Assembly: GCA_963820855.1 (NCBI GenBank)
Contig: CAWGBY010000021.1
Coordinates: 133,354 to 197,353, forward strand
DNA length: 64,000 nt
Direction: 5' to 3'
Source of the DNA: an uncultured Acidobacteriota bacterium
GTDB lineage: Bacteria > Acidobacteriota > Vicinamibacteria > Marinacidobacterales > SMYC01
Shown: in pieces, positions 21,113 through 29,849 of the stretch
Layout: the number at the start of each line of letters is the position of its first letter
Position numbering within the stretch: position 1 is the first letter of the stretch
Notes under the pieces: model-generated
The model's input: only the letters and a program-made list of their open reading frames with translations
Told to the model about the DNA's origin: nothing
Database searches by the model: none
Position numbers and translations under genes: made by a program

Positions 21113-21449
21113 CTACATCGGTTCCGCGGGTTGGGCCTGGTAGATCGTCCGGGGATCCAATGTCGGATCCGCCTCGAAAGCGCGTCCGAAGATCTCCACC
21201 GCCTCGCTGTACTCGCGGACCATCGGTGGCTGTAGCCGAGGAGGTAGAGCGCGTCGGCCCGCGTCGGATCGAGCTGGACAGTCCGATTGAGCTCGGCGAT
21301 CGCGGCGCGGAAGTCGCGGCTGCGATAGTGCCTCTTGGCGTTGCTCCATCGACGCCTGGGCGTCGTCCTGAGCTGCAATCGGGGGCGAAAGAAGGGCGGC
21401 CGCTAAGCATGGCCGAGAGGGTCAGTGCAAACATTCGCGTCGACTTCAT
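21113..21449 (-). CDS. small secreted TPR-repeat protein; frameshifted in this assembly
   Basis: Signal peptide MKSTRMFALTLSAMLSGRPSFAP (ORF 21027..21449). TPR-like AKRHYRSRDFRAAIAELNRTVQLDPTRADALYLLGYSH (20848..21378 frame). VREYSEAVEIFGRAFEADPTLDPRTIYQAQ (21113..21349 frame). Confidence 0.55.
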
Positions 21450-21473
21450 CAGAACTTCTCCTGAATTTCGAAC

Positions 21474-22500
21474 GTGCTCGGCGCTGAGCGTAGTTTAGCA
21501 TCGATCGCCGGCCGCCGCATCCTCGCCATCCGCGCCGGAGCTCTCGGCGACACGATCCTCGCGCTTCCTTCGGTCAGCGCTCTTCGCCGGCTTGCGGGGC
21601 CCGGGGGCGAGGTCGACCTCGTCGGGACCGAGCCCGCGATCCGGCTGGCGCTTTCCGCGAGGCTCGCGAACCGCGTTCATTCGATCGATCGCGTGCCCTT
21701 TCGCGCGCTCTTCGATGAGGCTCTGGACGACGCCGAATCGACGTCGTTCTTCCGAGGCCTTCGGGCTCGTCGTTGCGTGGGCGAACTTACCGCTCCTCGA
21801 AGACAAACTCTCGAGGCTCGCGATTCCTCTCCTTCACGCGAGCCCTCATCCTCCGCCGGGCATCCACGCGAGCGACCACCTCTATCGTTGTCTTTCGCCG
21901 CTCGGCGTCCTGGGCGCGGCGCCGCCGCCGGAAATCGACATCGAGCCGGAAAGCCGTGTCGCCGCCCTGGAATTCCTGGACAGAAACGGGCTTTCACGCT
22001 TCCGGTTTCATCGCTCTCCATCCTTCGAGCGGAAGCCCGCGCAAGAACTGGCCGAAGGAGCGTTTCCTGGACCTTGCCTTGCTCCTCCGCGCGGCGGGAC
22101 GGCCTTTCGTCTGGATCGAGGGAGCGGCGGATGCCGAAGTCGTGGCGTTTCTCGCCGGGCGATTGACGGCGCCCATCGCGCGCGACCTTCCGCTCCCGGT
22201 CCTGGCGGCGCTTCTCTCGCTTTCCGGCGGCTTCGTGGGCAACGACTCCGGCGTCAGCCACCTCGCCGCCGCTGTCAAAGCCCGCGACGATTGCCCTCTT
22301 CGGTCCCACCGATCCGGCGGTTTGGGCGCCGCGGGGTCCTTTCGTCCGAGGTGGCATCCTGCGACATGAGCGCCGAGGGGCTGTGGGGGAAGGCCCGCTC
22401 GCTCTTCTTTCACCTCTTAGTCCTTGGCCTTCTTTGGGTTTCTTTCCAAGGGGGGATAAGCCGTCGGGAAGACGTGGGGGATTCCCATCGTTCAGTCTGA
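21474..22500 (+). CDS. glycosyltransferase family 9 (heptosyltransferase-like); frameshifted in this assembly; 3' end uncertain
   Basis: RILAIRAGALGDTILALPSVSALRRLAGPGGEVDLVG (21474..). GLVVAWANLPLLEDKLSRL (21592..). IALHPSSGSPRKNWPKERFLDLALLLRAAGRPFVWIEG and GGFVGNDSGVSHLAAAV (21773..). Confidence 0.65.
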
Positions 22501-22677
22501 AATGTGTCTTTCGGATTTCAATGCGCGGAGCTCGGGGAGTTTCCACTACCCCGATAAATGGGGCCTTCCGCGACGGACACCCCACGATTCTGTATCGGCC
22601 TAAGGGCGTCTAAGGGCACGAATCTTGCTTTTCTAGGGGGCATAACCACGAACACTAACTCTGAAGGAGCACCCGAA

Positions 22678-23049
22678 ATGCCCGGGGCTTCTAAAAAGGA
22701 GTCAGCGACAATGGCGATGGCATTGCTCGATACGCAGGAGTTCGGCATCGGCATCTACCGCGGTTCGGAGCGCGTAGGAAGAATCCGCTTCCACATCGGA
22801 ATCCGTGCCGCCGAAGGCGAAGTCTCATACTCCGCCGCCGACCCGGAGCTTCGGAGATCTCTCCGAAACCTCATGGGCCGGAAACGCAGCTGGCGATGGC
22901 AGGATTTGACGCGCAGGCTCATTGACAGTCTCTCGCTGTCTACTGGAGGGCGCTTCGTTCTGCGGTTCGGCACGACTCCTTCGGATGAAGGACGTGGCGA
23001 AGGAGAGCACGGCCTGCGACGAGCGATCAACCGCGCTGTCAACGAATGA
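22678..23049 (+). CDS. hypothetical protein (123 aa) with atypical A/T-ending codon usage
   Basis: Internal Met of ORF 22558..23049: MPGASKKESATMAMALLDTQEFGIGIYRGSERVGRIRFHIG. GAAGGAG lies 8 nt upstream. A strong terminator follows. I recognise no family. Confidence 0.55.
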   Translation: MPGASKKESATMAMALLDTQEFGIGIYRGSERVGRIRFHIGIRAAEGEVSYSAADPELRRSLRNLMGRKRSWRWQDLTRRLIDSLSLSTGGRFVLRFGTTPSDEGRGEGEHGLRRAINRAVNE

Positions 23050-23084
23050 TTTCCCCCCAAAACATGTAAGTCCCGCCGGACACC

Positions 23085-23141
23085 GAAACCCTCGGGTGCT
23101 GGTCCCCGCTTGCTGCTGGCACTCGAGGGTTTCTTTATTTT
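23085..23141 (+). terminator. rho-independent terminator
   Basis: GAAACCCTCGGGTGC (23085-23099) pairs with GCACTCGAGGGTTTC (23119-23133), with one G.U pair, followed by TTTATTTT. It lies 36 nt after the stop at 23047-23049. Confidence 0.8.
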
Positions 23142-23176
23142 CAGTTCTCGGTTCTCAGTTCTCGGTTCTCAGTTCA
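23142..23176 (+). repeat. tandem heptamer repeat (CAGTTCT CGGTTCT)x2.5
   Basis: CAGTTCTCGGTTCTCAGTTCTCGGTTCTCAGTTCA directly abuts the terminator T-tract. It lies 80 nt upstream of the TTG start at 23256. Confidence 0.8.
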
Positions 23177-23255
23177 ACATTCGACCGCCTACACCACTCC
23201 ACCGCATCGGCGCTTCCCTACGTGCCGCCCTTCCCGTGTTGATAGAGTTATTCTC

Positions 23256-23999
23256 TTGAAGCTCGCGCCTTGCCTAACCTTCGTCGTCACGCTCGCCTCT
23301 GGCAGCTGTGACAGCGACACGAGCTCGACAGCGACCTCCTCGACACTGTCTCCGGAAGGCGACCGCGTCCTACTCGTCGGCAACAGCCTCACCGAAGCGA
23401 ACGACCTGCCTTTGATGGTGGAAGCGCTCTCGCGTGCCGGCGGTCACTCCTTTACGGTCGAAGCCGTTACTTACGGCGGTGTGTCGCTCGAGGACCACTG
23501 GAACCGTGGGACGCAGAACCGGATCGCCGCCGGCGGATTTCGGTTCGTCGTGCTGCAGCAGGGCCCATCCGCGCTGCCGGCCAGCCGGGCCAACCTGAGG
23601 GAGTGGACCAAGCGCTTCGATGCGGTAATCCGTCAGGCCGGGGGCGTCACATCACTCTATATGGTCTGGCCGGAGAGCTATCGGCCCGAGGCCTTTCCCG
23701 AAGTGAGCGCGTCGTATCGCCTCGCCTCGGAGGACGTCGGCGGAATCCTTCTTCCGGTGGGAGACGCCTGGGTCGCCGCCTGGCGCCAGGATCCGGACTT
23801 GCGGCTCTACGGTTCGGACGGATTCCACCCGACCGTCCTCGGCTCCTATCTAGCGGCGCTCGTCATCTACGGCGGGCTCGCGAACGCCACGCCCTCCGGT
23901 CTGCCTGCCCGCCTCCCGCTTCGCGACGGCCGCACGGTGGAAGTGTCGGCGCGTGAGGCTTCGATCGCGCAGGCCGCGGCGGCGGAAGCGCTGCGCTGA
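23256..23999 (+). CDS. SGNH/GDSL-type hydrolase lipoprotein
   Basis: Intact ORF. Lipobox VTLASGSC, then RVLLVGNSLTEANDLP (block I GxSxT-like) and GSDGFHPTVLGSYLAALVIY (block V DxxH-like). Confidence 0.6.
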   Translation: MKLAPCLTFVVTLASGSCDSDTSSTATSSTLSPEGDRVLLVGNSLTEANDLPLMVEALSRAGGHSFTVEAVTYGGVSLEDHWNRGTQNRIAAGGFRFVVLQQGPSALPASRANLREWTKRFDAVIRQAGGVTSLYMVWPESYRPEAFPEVSASYRLASEDVGGILLPVGDAWVAAWRQDPDLRLYGSDGFHPTVLGSYLAALVIYGGLANATPSGLPARLPLRDGRTVEVSAREASIAQAAAAEALR

Positions 24000-24032
24000 A
24001 CCGGCGGACTGCGGAGGCCGGCGAGGGTGGGA

Positions 24033-25043
24033 TCAGCCGGTCGGTTTCCGACTTGTGAAATCGAGCGTTCCGCCTCGACGAAGCAGCGAGTCCGCCGTGT
24101 GGACCATTGCTTCGACGATGGCCGCCGCCGGCGGGCGATCCTGAAAGAGCCCGATCGCCTCGCCCGCGACGATCGGGGACACATCGAAGTTCTGGCTCGA
24201 CCTCGCCTCGGCGAAGTGTGCCGCGAGACTTCCGAAGGCCTCTGCGGCTTCACGCTCCCGGTGGGCCCACTCGCGGGTGAAGTCGTTCTCGACGACTCGG
24301 AACGAGAACTCGTCGGGCCACGGAGTTCCGCGGAGAGCGTCGATCGCCTTCGTGCGGACGGTCTGGTCTCCCGTCGCGCGAGCCGCTCGGTCCGTGGCCG
24401 CCGCGGGGGTCAGAGCTTCCTTCGATGACCAGAACCGGCTCCCGACGACGACGCCATCCGCTCCCAACATCAGAGCCGCGGCCAGCCCGCGACCATCCGC
24501 GATGCCGCCGGCAGCGAGAAGCAGGGTCCCGGGAGAATGGCGTGCCAGATGATCCGCTGCTTCGGGAACGAAGGGGAACGTCGATCGGCGGGCGCCGTGG
24601 CCGCCGGCTTCACTTCCCTGGGCGACGATCGCATCCGCACCGGCCTCGAGCGCATCGTCGACGTGCCGAAGGGACTGCACCTGGCAGATGAGCTTTGCGC
24701 CGCTTTGCTTGATCGGTTCCGCGAAGGGCCTCGGATCGCCGAAGGAAAGGAACACGCAGTACGGGGAGTGGCCGAGAGCCTCGTCGAGCGCGTGAGAAGC
24801 GCGCGCGAGCGCCCAGGTGATGAAGCCCACGCCGAACTTCGATCCATGCGACCCACGGACCTGCGCCAGCTCTTTCTGAAGATCGGGCTCGCCTCCGAGA
24901 GCGCCGGCATAGCCTCCCCCGACGATGCCGAGAGCTCCGGCTTCGGAAACCGCGGCTGCGAGGCGACCCCCGGTGACCAGTGCCATCGGCGCGCACACGA
25001 TGGGATGTCGGATTCCAAAAGCCTCGGTGAGCCGTGTTCGCAT
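24033..25043 (-). CDS. nitronate monooxygenase (NMO / 2-nitropropane dioxygenase family, FMN TIM barrel)
   Basis: Intact ORF 24033..25061, with ATG 25043 the likely start: MRTRLTEAFGIRHPIVCAPMALVTGGRLAAAVSEAGALGIVGGG, DAIVAQGSEAGGHG, LLAAGGIADGRGLAAALMLGADGVVVGSRF. Confidence 0.85.
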   Translation of the reverse strand: MRTRLTEAFGIRHPIVCAPMALVTGGRLAAAVSEAGALGIVGGGYAGALGGEPDLQKELAQVRGSHGSKFGVGFITWALARASHALDEALGHSPYCVFLSFGDPRPFAEPIKQSGAKLICQVQSLRHVDDALEAGADAIVAQGSEAGGHGARRSTFPFVPEAADHLARHSPGTLLLAAGGIADGRGLAAALMLGADGVVVGSRFWSSKEALTPAAATDRAARATGDQTVRTKAIDALRGTPWPDEFSFRVVENDFTREWAHREREAAEAFGSLAAHFAEARSSQNFDVSPIVAGEAIGLFQDRPPAAAIVEAMVHTADSLLRRGGTLDFTSRKPTG

Positions 25044-25057
25044 CGCTCGACCCGTCC

Positions 25058-26302
25058 TCAATCCAAGCGGCGAATCTGGATCACCGACTCATCGCCCTTC
25101 TGGCTGGTCCAGGCCACGAGGATTCCCGTTCCGGACGGCGCGGGAACGGGATAGCTCGAGGAGACTCCTTCGCCGCCGTCGTCGAGAAGCAAAGGCTCAC
25201 TCCATGAGAAAGCGCCATCGGCGGATTCCTGCGCACGAGTCATCGCGATGCGCCGCTTTCCAGCAATCACCTCGTCCCACACTACGACCGGATTTCCGTT
25301 TCCGTCGAGGGACATCTGTGGGTGCGAAGGATCGGTCCCGCCCGCGGTGGGAACGGAAATCCGCGGCGAGAACGTAAGCCCGTCGTCGGTAAAAGCGGTA
25401 AAGAGTCCCATGTCCATCTTCTCTTTGACCAGAGTCGGCCACACGAGGTGGACGCGGTCGCGCGAATCGACCGCCATCGATGGTCCATCGTCGGGGCAGC
25501 CGTTGATCTGCCATCCGTCTTCGTGCACCCGGACGGGGTTCTCGAAGCTCCGGCCAGAATCGCGCGAGGACGCGAATGCGATGTCCCGGTAGTTGTCCTC
25601 GTAGATATTTCGCCAGGCCGTGTAGATCGACCCATCCTCGCCGATTGCGATCGAGGTCTTGCAGCACTCACAAACCCGGTCGAAGAGTCGCTCGGCCCTC
25701 GGTGACGCGCCGCCGTCCCAGCCCGCATGGTAGAGACCCATGGTGTTTCCGCCGTCGGGTCGCGAGTCGAGCCAGACGGTATGCACCTCGCCACCGGGAG
25801 CGACCGCGAGCGAGTGCCAGCCGCGATCGCCGGGAAGATCGGTGTAGTGCAGGGTCACAGCGGGCTCGAACGTCCTCCCGCCGTCGCGCGAGCGGGCGAA
25901 TCGCAGAAAGCTGCGCTGGTTCTCGTCGCGTTCCCGAGTGGACGACGTCCAGGCGACGTAGACCTCCGCGTCTCCGCCCAGGGCAACTCGCGGCGGCTGC
26001 TCGCCGTAGACGTTCACGTCGGAGGCGACGTCGTTCACTCGTCGCGGCTCGGAAAAAGTGCGCCCCCCGTCGGCGCTCACCGCCAGAAACAAATCGGTTT
26101 CGCCATCCTGGTCGGCGCTCCACGCGACAGCGACGAGCTCTCCCTTCGATGCAACGTACGGGGTCTGGTTGCTTCGTTCCGCGACGGACAGGACCGTCGT
26201 GTCGCCGGCTGGCTCGAAATGACAAGCTCCCTGGAAAGAAGCAACAACCGTAACGAACGCGAAGGTCGCGGCGGCTTGGTATCCGCGGGCCGAGCAAATC
26301 AT
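25058..26302 (-). CDS. BNR-repeat / sialidase-fold protein (exo-alpha-sialidase-like), secreted
   Basis: Intact ORF with repeated SxDxGxTF motifs: SADGGRTF, SRDGGRTF, SRDSGRSF, TDDGLTF. Confidence 0.7.
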   Translation of the reverse strand: MICSARGYQAAATFAFVTVVASFQGACHFEPAGDTTVLSVAERSNQTPYVASKGELVAVAWSADQDGETDLFLAVSADGGRTFSEPRRVNDVASDVNVYGEQPPRVALGGDAEVYVAWTSSTRERDENQRSFLRFARSRDGGRTFEPAVTLHYTDLPGDRGWHSLAVAPGGEVHTVWLDSRPDGGNTMGLYHAGWDGGASPRAERLFDRVCECCKTSIAIGEDGSIYTAWRNIYEDNYRDIAFASSRDSGRSFENPVRVHEDGWQINGCPDDGPSMAVDSRDRVHLVWPTLVKEKMDMGLFTAFTDDGLTFSPRISVPTAGGTDPSHPQMSLDGNGNPVVVWDEVIAGKRRIAMTRAQESADGAFSWSEPLLLDDGGEGVSSSYPVPAPSGTGILVAWTSQKGDESVIQIRRLD

Positions 26303-26461
26303 GCCAGGATTCTATACCGGAGAGTGACGCCTCTCGCAGGGACGCTATGTCGTCGTGTCTCTCTTCCGAGAACGTGAGCGGCATGACGAAGGCTTCGAGC
26401 GCCTCCTCCTCCGCTTGGACATGAGGGCTCGGAGACAACACAATGGTCCGCGAGGTGGCAC

Positions 26462-28030
26462 GTGAAAATCTCAATCTTCTGCGCTCTGACAGCGAGCGCC
26501 CTATGTCTCGCATGCGTCGATCCGGAGGGACCGAGTGTGGCGCGGGAGACCGAGGGGGAACCGCGGTCGACGATTGCCCAATCCCTCACCCCGCCGACCT
26601 ATTCGTTATCCCGGATCAACGACGCCTTGATTCAATTTCCGCTGCCCAAGGGGGAGGAAGCCTACGTCTCGATCGACGGCAGGAAGATGCATGGGTATGT
26701 AATCGAGTTGGCCGAGATTTCACGCCGCTACCGCGACGCAGGTCATCCCAAGTTCTGGGGTCGAATCATCGGCACGTCCGCCGACAAAGAGACCGGAGAA
26801 TGGCTGGCTGCCAAATTCGAGGCGCTCGGCCTCTCGGACGTTCGCATCCAGCCGCTCGATCTTCCGCCGCAATGGACGCCGACCTCTTACGACGCGACGA
26901 TCACGAGCGGAGGGAAGTCGGTCAACCTGAGCTCCGCCCAGCCGGCATACGACGCTAACCCGTTGCCCAAGGGCGGCGTGGAACTGGACGCGGTCTATGC
27001 GGGGCTCGGCACGGAAGCCGATTTCATGGGAAAGGACGTTCGGGGCAAGGCGGTCTTCCTCTACGAAATGCTCGGCTTGAGGGACGAGACCGCGGATCAG
27101 GCCATCAAGCGCGCCGATGCCAAGGGCGCAGCCGTTGTCTTCAGCGCATCGATGCTGCCCGGAAACATGCGCTACCAGGCTTACCCGTCCGGCACGAAAG
27201 CCTCCGCCTTTGTCCTGGGCAATGACGACGGCACCGCCGCGCGCGAATTGATGGAGACGGCCGCAGGCAAGGCTCCGCGGGTGAAGGTCCATCTGGATAT
27301 CGAGAAAGTTCCCAATCTCAAGACGTCGCTGGTCTGGGGAACGCTGCCCGGCGCAACCGACGAAACGATCTACATCATCGCGCACAAGGATGGTTGGTTC
27401 GACGGCGCCGGCGACAACGCCAGCGGCGTTGCCTCGATGCTCGGCCTCGCGGAGTTCTATGCAAAGATCCCGCAGGCCCAGCGCCGCCGGACAATGATCT
27501 TCATCGGACTCGACGGGCACCACAATCTGCCGGACGGCAACGTCGGCCGCGAATGGTTCGTTCAGAACAAGCCCACGCTGTTCTCAAAGACCGCCCTCAT
27601 GATCAATGTCGAGCACCCCTCGACGATCCAGACCCAGTCGCGGCCGCGCTATTACCCGGGCGACGAGATCGCCTGGGCGAACACCTACATGCCGATGCAG
27701 TGGTATGCGGGAGGCAAGGAGCGGCCGGAGCTACAGACGATTGCTTGGAATGCGTTCAAGCAATTCGGCGTCCCCGTCGAGCTCGATCCCAGCCCCACGC
27801 CGCCGGCGAGCGATCTCATGTATTTCTATCGCTTCGTGCCGGGTGTCGACGCCAGCGAGTACCACCACTATTTCCATACCGACTGGGAAACGCCCGAGAC
27901 GGTGCCCTGGACGGGTCTCGAGGCCTCGACGCGCGCCTTTGCCAAGATCGTCGATGAGGTGAACGAACTTCCGCTCAGCGCTCTGCAACGCCCGGAAGAT
28001 ACTTCCCCGCCAGGTAGATACGGGGAGTGA
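26462..28030 (+). CDS. M28-family metallopeptidase with PA domain, lipoprotein
   Basis: Intact ORF. MKISIFCALTASALCLAC lipobox, then TIYIIAHKDGWFDGAGDNASGVASMLGLAEFY, MIFIGLDGHH, YFHTDWETPETV. Confidence 0.7.
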   Translation: MKISIFCALTASALCLACVDPEGPSVARETEGEPRSTIAQSLTPPTYSLSRINDALIQFPLPKGEEAYVSIDGRKMHGYVIELAEISRRYRDAGHPKFWGRIIGTSADKETGEWLAAKFEALGLSDVRIQPLDLPPQWTPTSYDATITSGGKSVNLSSAQPAYDANPLPKGGVELDAVYAGLGTEADFMGKDVRGKAVFLYEMLGLRDETADQAIKRADAKGAAVVFSASMLPGNMRYQAYPSGTKASAFVLGNDDGTAARELMETAAGKAPRVKVHLDIEKVPNLKTSLVWGTLPGATDETIYIIAHKDGWFDGAGDNASGVASMLGLAEFYAKIPQAQRRRTMIFIGLDGHHNLPDGNVGREWFVQNKPTLFSKTALMINVEHPSTIQTQSRPRYYPGDEIAWANTYMPMQWYAGGKERPELQTIAWNAFKQFGVPVELDPSPTPPASDLMYFYRFVPGVDASEYHHYFHTDWETPETVPWTGLEASTRAFAKIVDEVNELPLSALQRPEDTSPPGRYGE

Positions 28031-28099
28031 TCCCTTACTGCGACTGAATCTTCGGTACGAGATCGTCGTTCAGCCCTGTTGCGCGGTACGACGTCGCCG

Positions 28100-29779
28100 T
28101 CAGTTCACGGCGCTCCAGAGGATCTCGCCTCCCACCATCGTCGTCTCGACGTCGACTTCCAGGATGCGACTGGGGTCGATGGTGAGAATGTCCTCGGAAA
28201 GCACAACGAGGTCCGCGAGCATGCCGGGCTCGAGAGAGCCCTTCACTTTCTCGTCGAAGGTCAGGTAGGCGGAGCCGCGGGTGTAACCACGAATCGCATC
28301 CTCGATGCTCACCGCCTCGGAAGCACCGTAGACGCGCCCGCTCTTGCCCTTCCGGGTAACCGCGCCGTAGAGGCTGACGAGCGGCCCAATCGGGAGGTTG
28401 TCGTTTCCGAGGCCGACGGGAATGCCGAGCTTCTGGAGCGTCGCGAGAGGGTTGACGTTCTCGAGACGCTCGCCCTCGAGGTTGTCGTTATAGGGGCCTT
28501 CGAGGGTGTAGGTGAAGGACGGCTGCTGGGCGACGAGAAGGCCCAGCTCCCGGATTCGAGCGAGAGTCGCCTCGGCAGGCTTCACCGTCATGTGATTCAG
28601 ATAGTGGCGGTGGTCGGCCCGAGGGTGCTCTGCGAGGACCCGCCCAAACGCGTTCACCGCGATCTCGATCGCCCCATCCCCGATGGTGTGCACTCCGAGC
28701 TGCCATCCCCGCACGTGAGCTTCGCGCACGAGCTCGGTGAGCTCCTCTTCCTTCAGAAAGAGACTCCCGTAGAAGTCGGGCCGTCCTTTGTAGGGGAGAA
28801 GAGTGTACGCAGCGGAGCCGGTGTACCCTCCGTCGATCGAAAGCTTGATCGCGCCGATCTTGATGCGGTCGCTTCCGAGCCCCGTATGGAACGGAATTCC
28901 CTTCAGGACCGCGATCATCTCGTCCACGGGCTTGTCGCGCGGGAGACGAACCTGGAGAGTCGCTCGGGGTAGCGCCCTTCCGTGCTCGGCGTAGACGGCT
29001 TGAAAGCGGCTGAGGTTCTCGATCACGACACCTGCGTCATTGAAGCTCGTGATGCCGAGCTTCAGTAGATCCTTCAAGCTCTTGAGGAGCGACGTCCGAA
29101 CCTCTTCGTCCGTCGTTTCGGGAACCTGGTCCCCGAGAAGTGTCTGCGCTCGTTCGCGTATCCAGCCGGTCGGCTCACCGCTCGAGTCCTTGTCGATGAT
29201 CCCGCGCGGAGGGTCCGGGGTGTCCCGGGAAATCCCGGCAAGTGACAGAGCCAGGCTGTTCGCAACCGAGCTATGTCCTCCCGCCCGCGTGAGGGTCACG
29301 GGATTCTCGGGCGCCGCCGCGTCGAGGTCGGCGCGGGTCGGGCGCCGCTTCTCCTGAAGGTCGTCCTCGGCCCAGTCCCAACCCGTCACCCACTGCCCTG
29401 GACCGAGCTCGGCCGCCTTCTCGCGAACTTTCTCCTGGATCTCCTCGACCGAACGTGCCTCGCCGAGATTCACGCTCCGCGGTGGATCCGCGCGGACGTG
29501 AAGGTGCGAGTCGTAGAAGCCGGGAAGGACGGTCTTGCCCTCGAGGTCGACGACCCGCGTGCGGTCGGAGCGAAGCCGGCTGATTTCTTCCGTCGTGCCG
29601 ACGGCGGCTACCTTCCCGTCGCGGATGGCGAGAGCTTCGACCAGTGTGAATTCGTCGTCGACGAGCGCGATCTTGCCGTCGATCAGAATCGTATCCGCTG
29701 GCAAGCCCTCCGGGCTCTTAGCGCAGGACCCGAGGGCGAGCCCGAGGAGCCCGAGGAGGACGCGAAGAATATTTCTCAT
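28100..29779 (-). CDS. amidohydrolase family protein (Amidohydro_3-like metal-dependent hydrolase), lipoprotein
   Basis: Intact ORF. LLGLALGSC lipobox, then GKTVLPGFYDSHLHV, LGVHTIGDGAIE, VGLGNDNLP and the C-terminal LADLVVLSEDILTIDP. Confidence 0.8.
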   Translation of the reverse strand: MRNILRVLLGLLGLALGSCAKSPEGLPADTILIDGKIALVDDEFTLVEALAIRDGKVAAVGTTEEISRLRSDRTRVVDLEGKTVLPGFYDSHLHVRADPPRSVNLGEARSVEEIQEKVREKAAELGPGQWVTGWDWAEDDLQEKRRPTRADLDAAAPENPVTLTRAGGHSSVANSLALSLAGISRDTPDPPRGIIDKDSSGEPTGWIRERAQTLLGDQVPETTDEEVRTSLLKSLKDLLKLGITSFNDAGVVIENLSRFQAVYAEHGRALPRATLQVRLPRDKPVDEMIAVLKGIPFHTGLGSDRIKIGAIKLSIDGGYTGSAAYTLLPYKGRPDFYGSLFLKEEELTELVREAHVRGWQLGVHTIGDGAIEIAVNAFGRVLAEHPRADHRHYLNHMTVKPAEATLARIRELGLLVAQQPSFTYTLEGPYNDNLEGERLENVNPLATLQKLGIPVGLGNDNLPIGPLVSLYGAVTRKGKSGRVYGASEAVSIEDAIRGYTRGSAYLTFDEKVKGSLEPGMLADLVVLSEDILTIDPSRILEVDVETTMVGGEILWSAVN

Positions 29780-29849
29780 GGGCGGGGATGATAGCGGAAA
29801 CCTTTCGCGATCTCTCCCCGTCGAACCTCGATAGGAGGAACTGCCGACG

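Noticed and set aside
22539-22563. GTTTCCACTACCCCGATAAATGGGG resembles a CRISPR repeat (GTTTC start, terminal hairpin).
   Set aside because: It occurs only once. There is no repeat-spacer periodicity and no cas genes in the window.
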